From NCBI GenBank assembly GCA_903813345.2, contig CAIIXF020000001.1:31310001-31374000 (forward strand): a stretch of 64,000 nt of DNA. Direction: 5' to 3'. Below, piece after piece: positions 24,354 through 36,600 of this stretch. The DNA is from Owenia fusiformis (taxonomy: Eukaryota). The stretch's first letter is position 1, and every line of letters begins with the position of its first letter. The position numbers and the translations under genes were made by a program. Below the pieces are notes generated by a model. It did no database searches, was not told the DNA's origin, and saw only the letters and a program-made list of their open reading frames with translations.

Positions 24354-27271
24354 TGAATAAGGCATAACCTTAATATAAAACTTGCAACATGAAACATCAT
24401 CATTCACACCATGTAGACATGGCAACAGCAAATAAATCAAAAATCAGCACCAATATATTCAATTAATCAGCAAGTTCACAATGGCATTTAATCATATAAG
24501 TACATTATATACATTTATGAGTTCCAAACAGCATGGAAAGCACTCTTGTCTATCATTCTTAGTTAATTAAACTACTTTTCCAAACAGTTCAACTTGATAT
24601 GGTGTGGGCAGACTGATACATACAAACTGAATTAATACAATCGTATTATATTTTCAATACTCAAGAAATTTTTTTGCGCAAGGAATATATTGTGAAACCA
24701 AGATAACTTGCCAGTCATATAACTACATTTATTTAAGCAATGCGTGAACATCACTGAACTTTCCCAAGATCGAGTAGGTTCCATTTCCTTCAATAGAAAT
24801 ATATGCTGGGAGAGACAAAAGCAATTTGATGAAAGGTGTGTGCTTTCAATAAGTATTTCAAACTAATGTATTAAATTGAAAATATTGATAGTATTGATTG
24901 TAAAGTAGGGCATACTTTACGTAATTAAGCAGTAATTATATATTGTTTGTTTGGTATTGTGTCAACATCATACCTGCATATTACATAACTTAAAGTTTGA
25001 TCTAGGATTTAAACAAATTGCATTAAACAAAGAAATTAATCTTCATATGATATTATTACGACATACATATATTATAATTATATAGAGGTAGCTTTAAATT
25101 ATTAAAAATCTAATAGATGACAGCTACAAGCAAATAAATGATAAAAACCTCTTATCTTTACTTCACTTTGTGTTCATATAACATTGATCTTATAGTCCCC
25201 ATAAAATAAAACAAAACATAGTATGTTCTATATCATACAAAATTAGAAAACAGCAATGAATAATTGATAGTACAACATTTTATGAACAGAACTAAAAGTT
25301 TTCATTGTTTTACTAAGTGGAACAGTATTGTCAATAGTTTATAATGAGGATTGAGGCAGACAATAATTGCTCTGAGTTGATGTATGCTCTCCTATTTTAC
25401 CTTCCTGATGGACTCATGAATGGAATTTACCTTCATTGAATTCTTGAAATATGAGCTAAAATCATTATGAATCCCATATCTCTCCATGCCTACTTTTATG
25501 AATTCCTTTTAATGACAAACACTACTTTATAAGAGTACACTTTCTCTAATCGTTTGATTTTGCTTCTTTGATAAAAGACCGCTTTTGCCTCTTGATACCA
25601 TATTTGGAAGAATCTGATATCAATTATTTTGTAACTTTAACTATATAACCCATCCTTATTACAGGTTACCTGGTTATATATCTCAATCTCATGAAATGGT
25701 TGTAGAATTCAAACATGAGATCAATTATATAGAATCACTTAATCCCGTTTTTCTGACTGAAACATCAAGAAAATAAATCTTTTCTAACAACCAGAAAACA
25801 TAACATCAGGTCAGGAGATGCACATGTTCTGCATAACTGGTAGCCATGACAGTGAAACAAATGTCTTTTTTATCACTCAGTGTAACAGGTGAAAGTACTG
25901 ATTAATTAACACAGGGTTAGAACCAGCAAATGCTGGCAAGATGTTCCAGCAATGAACCATTCACTCTGTGGAATATGTGAGGTGTTGGGAACCTGTTATT
26001 ATATCACAACAGTATCAGAGTGAACCTGCATAACACATAATTATAGCAGATAATAATAGCAAAGACGAACCTCTGATAATGAAACCAAGAGAAGATCATG
26101 ATGTATGAGCTATATCATAATTAGGCAAGATGATATTCAGGTAAAATTACACCCCAACCACGACATCACACATCTTAATATTATGAATCAATCATGAGAC
26201 TTCCATTTTCAATAGTTTCATTTGCTTAATAAAAAAGAGAGCCACTAGCCACTGGACTTCAAGGTACTACAAACAAGCAAATATTAGAAGACTAATATTA
26301 CGAATCTAATGCAACAGAATCCTAAAACAAATATAGAAAACATGTTTTGATGCATATATTTAAGGACAATTTTGTGAATGAACTTAACTTTTGGTTATAA
26401 GTAGTAATAAGGTTAGCCCTGAATTGCCAATTCCTGTTTGTCTCAATCATGTCTAAACATCATATTGAGCATATTTCACAAGAACAAAATACCATGAAGA
26501 TAAAAAGCTTGTGAAAATGACACCATACAAAACATGTAGGAAATAAAATGTAAAATTAATAGACAATGACATTGTTCACATTTCTTTGGATTTAAAAATT
26601 CAATAATGAAAGTATGCTTACGTTAATATGAGCCAAGGATTTAATAAGATTCTAATTACTGAAGAACTGGCAGGGCATGATGCTGATAAAACATAATCTC
26701 TACATCTGTTTTAGCAGTTTACAAGATTATCCTGTCATCAGCTCTCTAATATTAAACCTTTAGTTACATGATAACCCTCTTTTAAAAATGTATCTTCTCA
26801 AAGAATCAACAAAAATATTAAGCTCTACAATGTTTCTAATATTCTTATATATATTTATACTACATGTATGTCCCTATCGATAAAAAGATGTTTTTTTTAA
26901 TTGGCAATATCCTGGACTCTCGAGAACTATATAGAATTACGCGTCATTATATTACATTCTCAGAATGAAACTAGGGACTCAGGTGTGTCATTAGTATTTC
27001 AACATTTTCTACAATCTCTTATATTTCACTGAATCTCTCAGTTGCAAATCTATAGGTGTACTTTATCAGGGCTGTTTCTCTGATTCGACCAAGCACAAGG
27101 TAAGAAATTCAAAACTGCCACTGTTGACTGATTTGGTGTTCTACATAGTATGAGTATAGCTAATCAGAGTAATGTAAGGTAGTTCAGGAAGTTATATCAT
27201 ATTGTTTCTATGAAATGAAATTGGCCATATTTTCTTGTGAATGTGCAAGATATGAATGCTGTAGAATATCA

Positions 27272-27986
27272 CTATTTATCCCATACTTGGACGTGTTATA
27301 GGTACATAAAGCCGGTTTGTAAAAACTTATATTTTCATCAGCGGGCAGATATAGCTATACGTCCCGCTCCGAGCAGGCAGATATACTATATCTGCCCGCT
27401 ACGTCATAATCGCCGCTCGCATATTTTTTCATAATTTGTAACGTTCGCGTAATGACTGTACACGACAATGGAGAAAACACAGACAATCGGGATCTGTTTG
27501 ATGGTTTAAAAAATTGAAGGAGCATCCACCTAATCAATCAAAAATTCGAGAAAATAAATGTGGGAATATTTGAGGGAACAGGAGAACCCACCCACGGCCA
27601 AGAAAACAAAACTGGGCATGAATATTCTAAAATATTGGCCTCGGGATAATCCCAATATCTTGAACCTCATATAGGATAATCTCTATTTATCCCATACTTG
27701 GACGTGTTACAGGTACATAAAGCCGGTTTGTAAAAACTTATATTTTCATCAGCGGGCAGATATAGCAGATATAGTATATCTGCCCGCTACGTCATAATCG
27801 CCGTTCGCATATTGGTTCATTTATTGCAATGTTCGCATAATAACTGTAAATGACAGCGGAGAAAAACGCAGACAATTGCGATCTGTTTGATGGTTTTAAG
27901 AAGGGAAGGAGCATCTGTATCCTCGGGACCTATATTATATTAGCCTCGGGATATATCCTGAACCTCATATAGGATACTCTCTATTT
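27272..27986. repeat. Head-to-tail duplicated interspersed element (411-bp unit plus internally deleted about 298-bp unit)
   Basis: ctatttatcccatacttggacgtgtta begins at 27272 and again at 27683. Both units end in gaacctcatataggata. Confidence 0.8.
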
Positions 27987-28609
27987 ACTTGTGGCATTAA
28001 ACAAAGTGAATATTATAATAGAATGCATGAACATTTATGTCAAATTGAAAGCAGTTCTTAGTGATACTATATAGTAGTATACTGTTAAGAGACGAGCTGT
28101 GTATACTTTACCTATAGCGACAATAATGAGTTTTATTCCAGATCAATATTAACACAGGAACCCTATTATCTGGCATTAATTCATAGATTGAAATTATGAT
28201 TGAATAATACAGAGAAGTAATGCTGACTGCAGTTATCATAATTGGTATGTGTATGAATGACATTTTTCATGAAATTACACAAATGTTTCATGAGAGAATA
28301 TGTGTAATAGCTATTTATTTCTTGTCCCATATAAGATAGACTTACAACCAAAAGTCAAGTTTTTCACAAATCACATACTGGACACATACATCAAGTTAAC
28401 CTCCTAACATATCAGATATATGGGTTTGGCAGATTTATGGATGACATTTAGAAAAAAATACATGTTCTTTAAGTAATCTTTGAACTCAATAACATTATGT
28501 TATTGCACTATATCATGGTGTGCAAATGGTGCTTTACTAGACATATATTTACACTTATATATCATGAAGATAGGATCCAAACCCCACATGTAATTTCAAT
28601 CATCATAGC

Positions 28610-28610
<1 letters not shown>

Positions 28611-28645
<35 letters not shown>

Positions 28646-30290
28646 TTATTAAAATCATATAAACATATATACATATAAGTGATAATGACACCCTAGTGGG
28701 TGTATGTCTTATCACAAGCTAAAATATTTAAAAATGGCATATTGTTAGTTACATTTATTATTGATGTTACAAAGTGTCTCAAAGTATAAATTATGTAAGC
28801 CAAACTGGGAAACAAATAAAAATAAAAATGATGTACATTATAAAAGATGTAATAAAACATTTTAATGATGTAGAATAGCTAAATGGAAAAAGGTGCATCT
28901 GTTAAAAATTTGTACAGGGTACTAATCATAGAGACTAATTACATGTCTTTTGAAGGCTCGCTTAAAAATAAAAATGGTTTTTGAATTTTTGATAACATCT
29001 GGAGTTGAATTCCAGATTATTCCCCCTTGAGTTTTAATACTTCGTTTGCCATAGTTGGTTCTAAATTTGGAAATATGAAGATTGTCAGTCTGTCTTGTAT
29101 TGTGGTCGTGTACCTGCTGATTTGCTTGAAAATAATTGCAAAATAAGTCATTCGGAAAATTGTATGGACGTTTGATGCATTTGTAAGTAAAGATAAGAAC
29201 ATTGAGTTTATAAATATCATTTATTTTCAGTATATTTAGTTGTTGAAATAAAGGTGATGATGGTGCTTTATTATATTCACTATTAGTAACTAAGCGGGCA
29301 AATCTTTTCTGCAGCTTTAATAAGATATCAATATGTGTTTTTCCTGTCCCACCCCAAGCTGGGATGCAATATTGTAAGTGTGAATAAATAAGTGAGTAAT
29401 AGATATTCAATAATGATTTGATACTGAGTTTGTGTTTTATTCGAAATAGAGTACCTATGGTTTTTGAAATTTTTAGTGCAATTTTACGAATATGTTCTTT
29501 CCAATTTAAATTTTGGTCAATTATAACGCCAAGAAAATTTGTTGAAAAAACACGAATAATGTAAGAGTCTCTAATTTTGATTGAAATATTATCTGGTACC
29601 CTATTTTGTGAAGTTGTAAAGACCATAAAGTTGGTTTTATCAATGTTCAATGAGAGTTTGTTAGCACAGAACCAATCATCTACAGTTTTTAATTCATTAT
29701 TCACTATATCAATTAAGGAATAAATATTTTTGTCAGAGCAAAGAATATTTGTATCATCAGCAAAAATTACATATTTGAATAAATTGCTAGTAAAGATTAG
29801 GTCATTTATGTAAAGGATGAAAAGTACGGGGCCTAAAATGGATCCCTGAGGGACACCACATTGTATTGTTTTCATATCCGAGTATTCATGTTCAAAAAAA
29901 GTAGTTTGCTTTCTGTTACTAAGATAACTTTTGAACCAATCCAAGGATTTACCCTGGAAGCCGTAAAAATTCAATTTAGTAAGTAGAATATCATGGTTAA
30001 CCGTATCAAAGGCTTTACTTAAATCCAAAAAGATCCCTAAACTGTAATGTTTATTCTCCATAGCTTTCCTTAGGTTTTCTAGGAAAGTTAAAATAGCTAA
30101 ACAAGTAGATCGATTCCTTCGAAATCCGAATTGATTGATACAGATTATTTTGAATTTTTCAACGAACTCAACAACTCTATTATACATAATTTTCTCAAAT
30201 ATTTTAGAAAAAACTGATAAAAGTGATATCGGCCTATAATTACTAAAGTATCTTTGATCATTCTTTTTGAAGATTGGAATAATTTTGGTT
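28611..30290 (-). mobile_element. 5'-truncated non-LTR retrotransposon (CR1/L2 group LINE) with 3' UTR and 33-nt poly(A) tail
   Basis: RT ORF 28922..30304. T33 at 28611-28643 lies next to an AATAAA signal on the minus strand. No endonuclease domain, and the element appears to begin near the KIIPIFKK motif. Confidence 0.93.
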
Positions 30291-30304
30291 AAACCTTTAT
30301 ACAA
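28922..30304 (-). CDS. LINE ORF2 fragment: reverse transcriptase and C-terminal region, no internal stops
   Basis: Motifs NYRPISLL, QFGFR, FLDLSKAFDTV, GVPQGSILGP, FADDT, FLGV, YCIPAWG and HNTR. The listed ATG probably lies in host flanking sequence. Confidence 0.93.
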   Translation of the reverse strand: MYKGLTKIIPIFKKNDQRYFSNYRPISLLSVFSKIFEKIMYNRVVEFVEKFKIICINQFGFRRNRSTCLAILTFLENLRKAMENKHYSLGIFLDLSKAFDTVNHDILLTKLNFYGFQGKSLDWFKSYLSNRKQTTFFEHEYSDMKTIQCGVPQGSILGPVLFILYINDLIFTSNLFKYVIFADDTNILCSDKNIYSLIDIVNNELKTVDDWFCANKLSLNIDKTNFMVFTTSQNRVPDNISIKIRDSYIIRVFSTNFLGVIIDQNLNWKEHIRKIALKISKTIGTLFRIKHKLSIKSLLNIYYSLIYSHLQYCIPAWGGTGKTHIDILLKLQKRFARLVTNSEYNKAPSSPLFQQLNILKINDIYKLNVLIFTYKCIKRPYNFPNDLFCNYFQANQQVHDHNTRQTDNLHISKFRTNYGKRSIKTQGGIIWNSTPDVIKNSKTIFIFKRAFKRHVISLYD

Positions 30305-30444
30305 GTCAAGTTTGACTTATTTTCACTACGACCTTGAATATGGTGTCATCTATCATTTGGAAATTTAAGGGCTTATAATGAGATCATGAATGCCTAGCAA
30401 GGTTGAATAGTAAGATTTTTCTGACTGATCATTAGGAAACTTAC

Positions 30445-30543
30445 TTTTTTGGCATCATGGTTTATTTCCAGATTGGAGGCCTGTCCATTGCCATTCATCA
30501 TCATTGGGGAGCTATTGATTCCTAACAACTCGTCTGATCCACG
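30445..30543 (-). CDS. PTBP1: PTBP first constant exon: RGSDELLGINSSPMMMNGNGQASNLEINHDAKK
   Basis: Acceptor acttgcag, donor AAA|gtaagt, 99 nt, phase 0-0. RGSDELL is the conserved PTB N-terminal motif. KK|AK formed with the next exon gives the second basic cluster of the NLS. Confidence 0.95.
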
Positions 30544-32498
30544 CTGCAAGTAGATAATAAAACACTTGCTCAAACAATTGGAAATATATACAATTACAAA
30601 ACATTACAGTAAAATAGGTATATATTGTGAATGTGAACACCTCCTTAAGCGAACAAACACCTCAAATTGTAAACACTTTTCTCGCCCATTTTTATCGGAA
30701 TATCTTACATAAACACAACTCAGTATGAACTCCTATTTTGTCAAACAGTGTATATTATGGAGGTATATTAAAATCACTAACATGTCTCTAATATTGACCA
30801 CAGGTGTAATGTATATGATTCAACAATATAAAACAAAGCATCAAAGATAAATAAACTAAATCTTAGATGACACAATCATGGTATCCAATTACCAATACGT
30901 ATATTAATTCTCTTTTTCGACTCATCATATCTTGCAACATGCTCTGATGCTAGGACATTTTGAGTTCATCTGATGGGGGGCGAGGGTCACAACTGTCATA
31001 CTATGATCATATCACATAATCAAAACAATACCATGGCATCTCATGACTGCGTAGAAATGGATCTTGGGGACAACTTCCTCTTCAAGAGTTAACTTTTATC
31101 AATATGTTTATTACTGGAGGGCAGAAAGGTATTTAAAATCCATACACACTGCATTAAGTATATAAGGCTCTATTGACCTTCTGATTCTTTATATTTAGAG
31201 GGCGAACTATTCCATATACCTACAGGATTAATAAATGCTCAATAGAAGTACCACAAAATAATATGTTTAATCAATACAACATACTCCAGCATTCACCTTG
31301 TACACATGGAGCCTAGCTTTGCTTGTGTACTCAGTAGAAATATATATTTGCAGTAACTATATTATTAATGTTTGATGAAAGAGTGTTTTCGAGAATACTT
31401 GTACATACACTCCTTTAAATACCAGTTCTCACCCTTATTCAACCTTATATATTACATAACAATATTCCAGAAATAACAAATTATTTCCTTCAGGAACCAT
31501 TTTGAATACATACATGCATGCAAATTTTATAAAGAACCCATATTAATGAATCCAGAATATTGTGTTATTAGGGTTGTTAAGTTAGTAATTATAAAGCTAA
31601 CAGTCTGGTTGGCATCTACTATTCTGAATCTGGGACTGTTATATGATGGTTTATTAAATATAGCATGGATCTGACATGTTGGTAAGGACATTTACCAACA
31701 TATGTGCAGATGAACTATCTATTATTTTTCCTCTTGCAATAAGTACCAGCATATTTAGGCGAGTGAGTAAGTTAGTAACATATATATGAATTGCTAAATA
31801 ATTACAAATCTATATTTACAAAGAAAACAACCTGAAATAGTTTTAAATGCTTTGTAAATAACAGTAACCATCCCAAAGGTTATATGTATACTGCAGCTAT
31901 GTTCTTTTAATTTATTGGAAACTTCACTGGATTCTGTGTATTTACATTGTTCACTTGTTCTGGGTTAGACTGCCCTATCGTAAGATGATACCAACTTGCC
32001 ACTAGAACCAATTCATCATTCTGCAATGGTGATCACCCAATGGGCAACAAGAGTGCTCTAATTACACTTGCTAAATTACTAATACATCATTTTTCTGAAT
32101 AAAAACATCCACTCATGGTTGGCTGACATACCGACAATCAAAGAAGTAAACATGAACAAGTAATCCTGAACCCAGACTATGACCAAAAATGAAAATGAAA
32201 TTGTCCAAGCAGATAACAACGTAACAACAAAAACAGAGGAACATATTTTACATCCTATGAAATGAACTATACATAACAATTATGTTATGGATAAACAATA
32301 AGTCTATTGAAAAAGATACGTCTCTGTACAATCCCCCTCAGCAGACTATGTTGTCTAAATATTCATCTATACTTTGGCCCCTGAAACAAGTTGTGCTATA
32401 AATCTTCATTTGCCTTCCTATAAACTACCAATCTTGTGTCTAACAGTTAACATAAAAAAGACTTGTCTGTAAGTAGAGATAAACAGAATGTGTCTTAC

Positions 32499-32513
32499 CT
32501 TTAGATATGTCAT
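32499..32513 (-). CDS. PTBP1: Candidate alternative PTBP first coding exon: MTYLK
   Basis: ATG ACA TAT CTA AAG|gtaaga, phase 0. Confidence 0.5.
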
Positions 32514-32935
32514 ATATTCAGTGAGCTGGATGACAGAAAATACAAGTTGAACACCTGATCTCCAGATTATTAATCTAGTATTGTCGTTCAGATCAACTGA
32601 CTACCCTATAGCTTCTATATGCACTTGCCACGCCAACCAATCCAATACACAGCAAAATCTAATTATGTAGCAAGCCCTTGCCTCGTAAAATATTCATAAA
32701 CTGAATATTTGATGAATTCCTATATCAGTATATTAGCAAGACATTGTTATTTCTACCATGCTATTAGCAGACTATACAAATTAGCACATTTGTAATATAT
32801 GTGTATTGTTTTGGGAGACAAGCTATAGCACTTTGTATATAACAGATAAATGGATAGATCAATTCAATCTATCATCTATCTATTAAATTATAACATACTG
32901 TAGTCCTCCAATTATTTCAATGACTTAAAACCTAC

Positions 32936-33073
32936 CTTAACTCCCTGTTGTAGCAAATATTCCTGTGGTTGAGGCTGTGCTTGAACTTGTGCAATCTCAC
33001 CATTAGGTAGTTGAAGTTGTACAAACTCTCCTGTAGGAGCCTGCACAAACTCTCCTTGAGGAGGAGCTTGCAT
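32936..33073 (-). CDS. PTBP1: Candidate alternative PTBP first coding exon: MQAPPQGEFVQAPTGEFVQLQLPNGEIAQVQAQPQPQEYLLQQGVK
   Basis: Protein-like Q/P-rich frame ending GGA GTT AAG|gtaggt, phase 0. GVK|RGSDELL reproduces the PTB consensus. An upstream in-frame ATG is also possible. Confidence 0.7.
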
Positions 33074-33580
33074 CCGAGGAAGATATGTTAATAACATACT
33101 GAATAATGTCCTATGAAGAAAGCCAACTAGGCAGAGGGCAGAAACCTGTTTCAAATGACCAATTTAAGTGCTCCCTGAACTAGCTATGTTCCAAGTGCAA
33201 TGTCAACAGAAACCACCATGTCAATGCATTCCCATTTCAGCTTTACTTTCAGCTTATATGACCTAACCTAACACAAACCATGGGCTAGAATCCAAACAGG
33301 TTTTAATTAAAAATCTTTTATGCAAACTGTGACTGGGGTTGAGTGGAGAAATTTGTGCAGTTTCAACAAGGCAGGTTTAAAAGTAATCCACTAAAGCTGC
33401 TGTTAAAACATTGGGCTATAGACACAGGTGCGTCACCACAGACACCATGGCCAACCTAAGCCCCAATGTAAACTCTCCGTACCTATGTACAGCCTATATT
33501 CAATAAGAAATAGGATAGGATATAAAAATGATCAAGTCTAAAAATAATTGAAAATCAGACTTATATTTTAAAAATGTTAC

Positions 33581-33688
33581 CTTCATTTGCTCTGATGTAT
33601 GTGTGGTGGTCTCACCCTGTAATTCACAATCCTGTGGCTCATCCTGTATAACATTCTCCATAATTTCACTAACTTCAACTTCTGACAT
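33581..33688 (-). CDS. PTBP1: Candidate alternative PTBP first coding exon: MSEVEVSEIMENVIQDEPQDCELQGETTTHTSEQMK
   Basis: ATG in aaaATG context, acidic protein-like frame, ends ATG AAG|gtaaca, phase 0. Confidence 0.65.
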
Positions 33689-36600
33689 TTTCTACGAACT
33701 TTTGATTACAAGGTTATGTATGCTCTAGGCTTGTTAGATTGCTAAACTACCAAAGCAATTTTCTGATTACCGGCCACCTAACTATGATGACAAGCTAGGC
33801 TAACGCTACAATACAGCACTTCAGTTCAACCAGAATTCTGCCAGTTCTGTTGTATCAAACAACTGGAAGATGACTTTGTATCAGATATAAAGCTTATTTT
33901 AGCTTTATAATGAAGCAGACCAATAGAGATCGGTTATATAAGCTCATCAAAGATGTTCTCTGCGAGATTAGCTTGGTATGAAACACTCCCTTGTGTCTAT
34001 TATCTCCTACTCTAACTAACCTAGAGATTAAGCAAATATGAAATTTCCTCTGGCACGATTAAACAACACTAGGCCACTGACTCCAATCTGCTACTATGGG
34101 GGATCAGGTTCAATCTAATTAGCAAAAGATTTTGAAAAACTTGGGACCCCTGTGTATGTAAGTAAAAAAATATAACAGAATTCTGTTTCTGAAGATGCAT
34201 ACATCAACAACTATGCCAGTTAATTGCAGCAACCATCTCATAAAACACATCCTTAATAGTGAAATAATGGAGGGGAAATGCTAAATTTTTGACCTCCAAG
34301 TATCTTGGCAAACAAAGTTCATAGAGATAAGACCATACCATTACTGAACATAGAGAGTGAAATGATGGTCTGGGTCAGACGAATGGCAAAGCTCAGATAC
34401 AAGCTCTATCAAACTAAAATACAAGGCTATCTGTCTTTTAATAATTGAAGGTAAGAGCAAGTTAATCCTAGATAAATCCCCACCATTTCCCACACCAGTT
34501 AAAATGGTATTTCTACTGGGGTCCAAGTCTATGTAATATCAGAGATTTACATTATCAATATTCACAGCATGTAAAAGTAGCTCATGTAACACTATTCTGT
34601 TCTACTTCAGAAAATCTAAGGATGACTACATGTTAACAACAAGGACAAATTCATCAAACAAACATCTAAGAGAGTAAACTGAGAGGCGAAATTATTATAA
34701 TCATGAAGGGACAAATTAAAGCCTATGAGATAGATGTTACATAGTCTTTAATGAACTGATGAAGAAAGACTTTTCAGCCTGTCAGCTTGACATTCAATAT
34801 TTTGTTAATGCAACAGTATCGTCATTTAACAGTTCTAATATATCAATTCACCTAGAATAAGCCAACTTCCTCTGTCTGATCCCATCATCAAATAATCAAC
34901 AAAATTCAATAAAACTCCCAGTCAGAATTTCCAAGCGATTTGCAAAGGAAATGAGGTTTACAACCTGTGAAATGTGAAGGCAAACGACTGGTATGTAATG
35001 TAAAAAAGCTATCTATTATCACTGTATTTGACAGCACTCGAACCAATGAGTTAGAAATCTTGAACAATCATCAAGCAGGTCTCTTATCTAGAGAGGTATT
35101 ACTTATTAGTGTATTAGTAATCTTAATTAGATGATAGTCCAATGATTGGCAACATTTATCGCTTATCAAGCGTTTCTATAAATCAGCTGCTTGAATTCAA
35201 TAATGCTATATTGTACGAGGGATATGATTTAGAGGCCCCATGGGTAATATCTCCTGCCTTTGATTATCAGATCAACCATCAACAGTTTATCAATTCATCC
35301 TCCAGTTTACCAAAATGAAGAAATATTGGTGAAGTTCTCCTAAGAATTCTATTAGGAAAGGAAATCGACCTGTCATGACAAGAAAAACTATTGTTAAATC
35401 CCTCACATAACCAGACCAAGGGCAAAAAATAATGGTCAATTACTGTCTTATTATACATATAAATTCCATATTCACATTCATATGCCACAGAATATAATTT
35501 AGAAGTTAAATGAAGTTATCTTGGTAACCAGACTTTCACTGCATCACAGTTCATCAGTTATCTTGGCTTTGAATCATATTTCTCAAGCTATTATGTAAAA
35601 AATGTCAAAATAGCGGGAATGAACTATTGTATTGTTGTTGGACATGTACCAACAGTCTTCTAACCATTACATACATTGCTTGCCAAATAGAAATCTTTTT
35701 TGTTCAAATTGTTTAGAAAATCATATCAAAAAACGTGTTAAGGTATGAGTATAAATTACAAAGATATATTTCTAATAACAAACCATCCCAGATTTTGATG
35801 GTAATTAAATATTCAGATTGACAGTGATATGAAACCAAAATATTATTGAATTTATCCCATGTACACGTTCTTTGTATAATAATAGTCACTTGACCGTGAC
35901 TAACTCAACAATGACAGAGGTCTCAGAGCCTCCATCAGACATTATGTAAGCAAAATGACAATTTCCAAACACAATATGATTGCCAAGTCTCATTTCTTGA
36001 TCCATCAAACAAATATTTATACATTCTTTCTATTTCCAGCATGAACCAATTCATTAGTAGTTGATCCTGCCAAAATTATATTTGAAATTGTTCAATGTTC
36101 TCTCCTGTATTCTCCCTTTTATTGACAATTTCTGACTCAGAACACAACCAACCTTCAAAGTAAAGAAAAAGTTTAAACCACATTCTTATTAATTTGTATG
36201 TAAGTTTCATATGTATATTATGTATATTCTATATTCTATATTATGTATATTCTATATTCTATAATTCTCTCATGAAAATGAAGATTATTTCTATTTGCAT
36301 CTCATCTGGGACATAGGGAGATCATTGCTTTCCATTTTCAAACATATCCCATTTAGTCTTACAATAATGTTCTATTATTCATCATGAATATTCGTTTGTG
36401 ACATTTAGATAATATTACAGGCAGCTATAAATAATGCTGTTTTAGCATTTACATGATTACCAGTAGGGGCTGGGGACTATAGAAACACAATGTTCTTCAA
36501 GGCAACATCTGATTAATTCTTAGCTAAGTTATAAATGATTTGTCATAGGCTGGATCTTAGGGAGTCATTAGTGATACAATGCAAGATGGAAACATTCACA

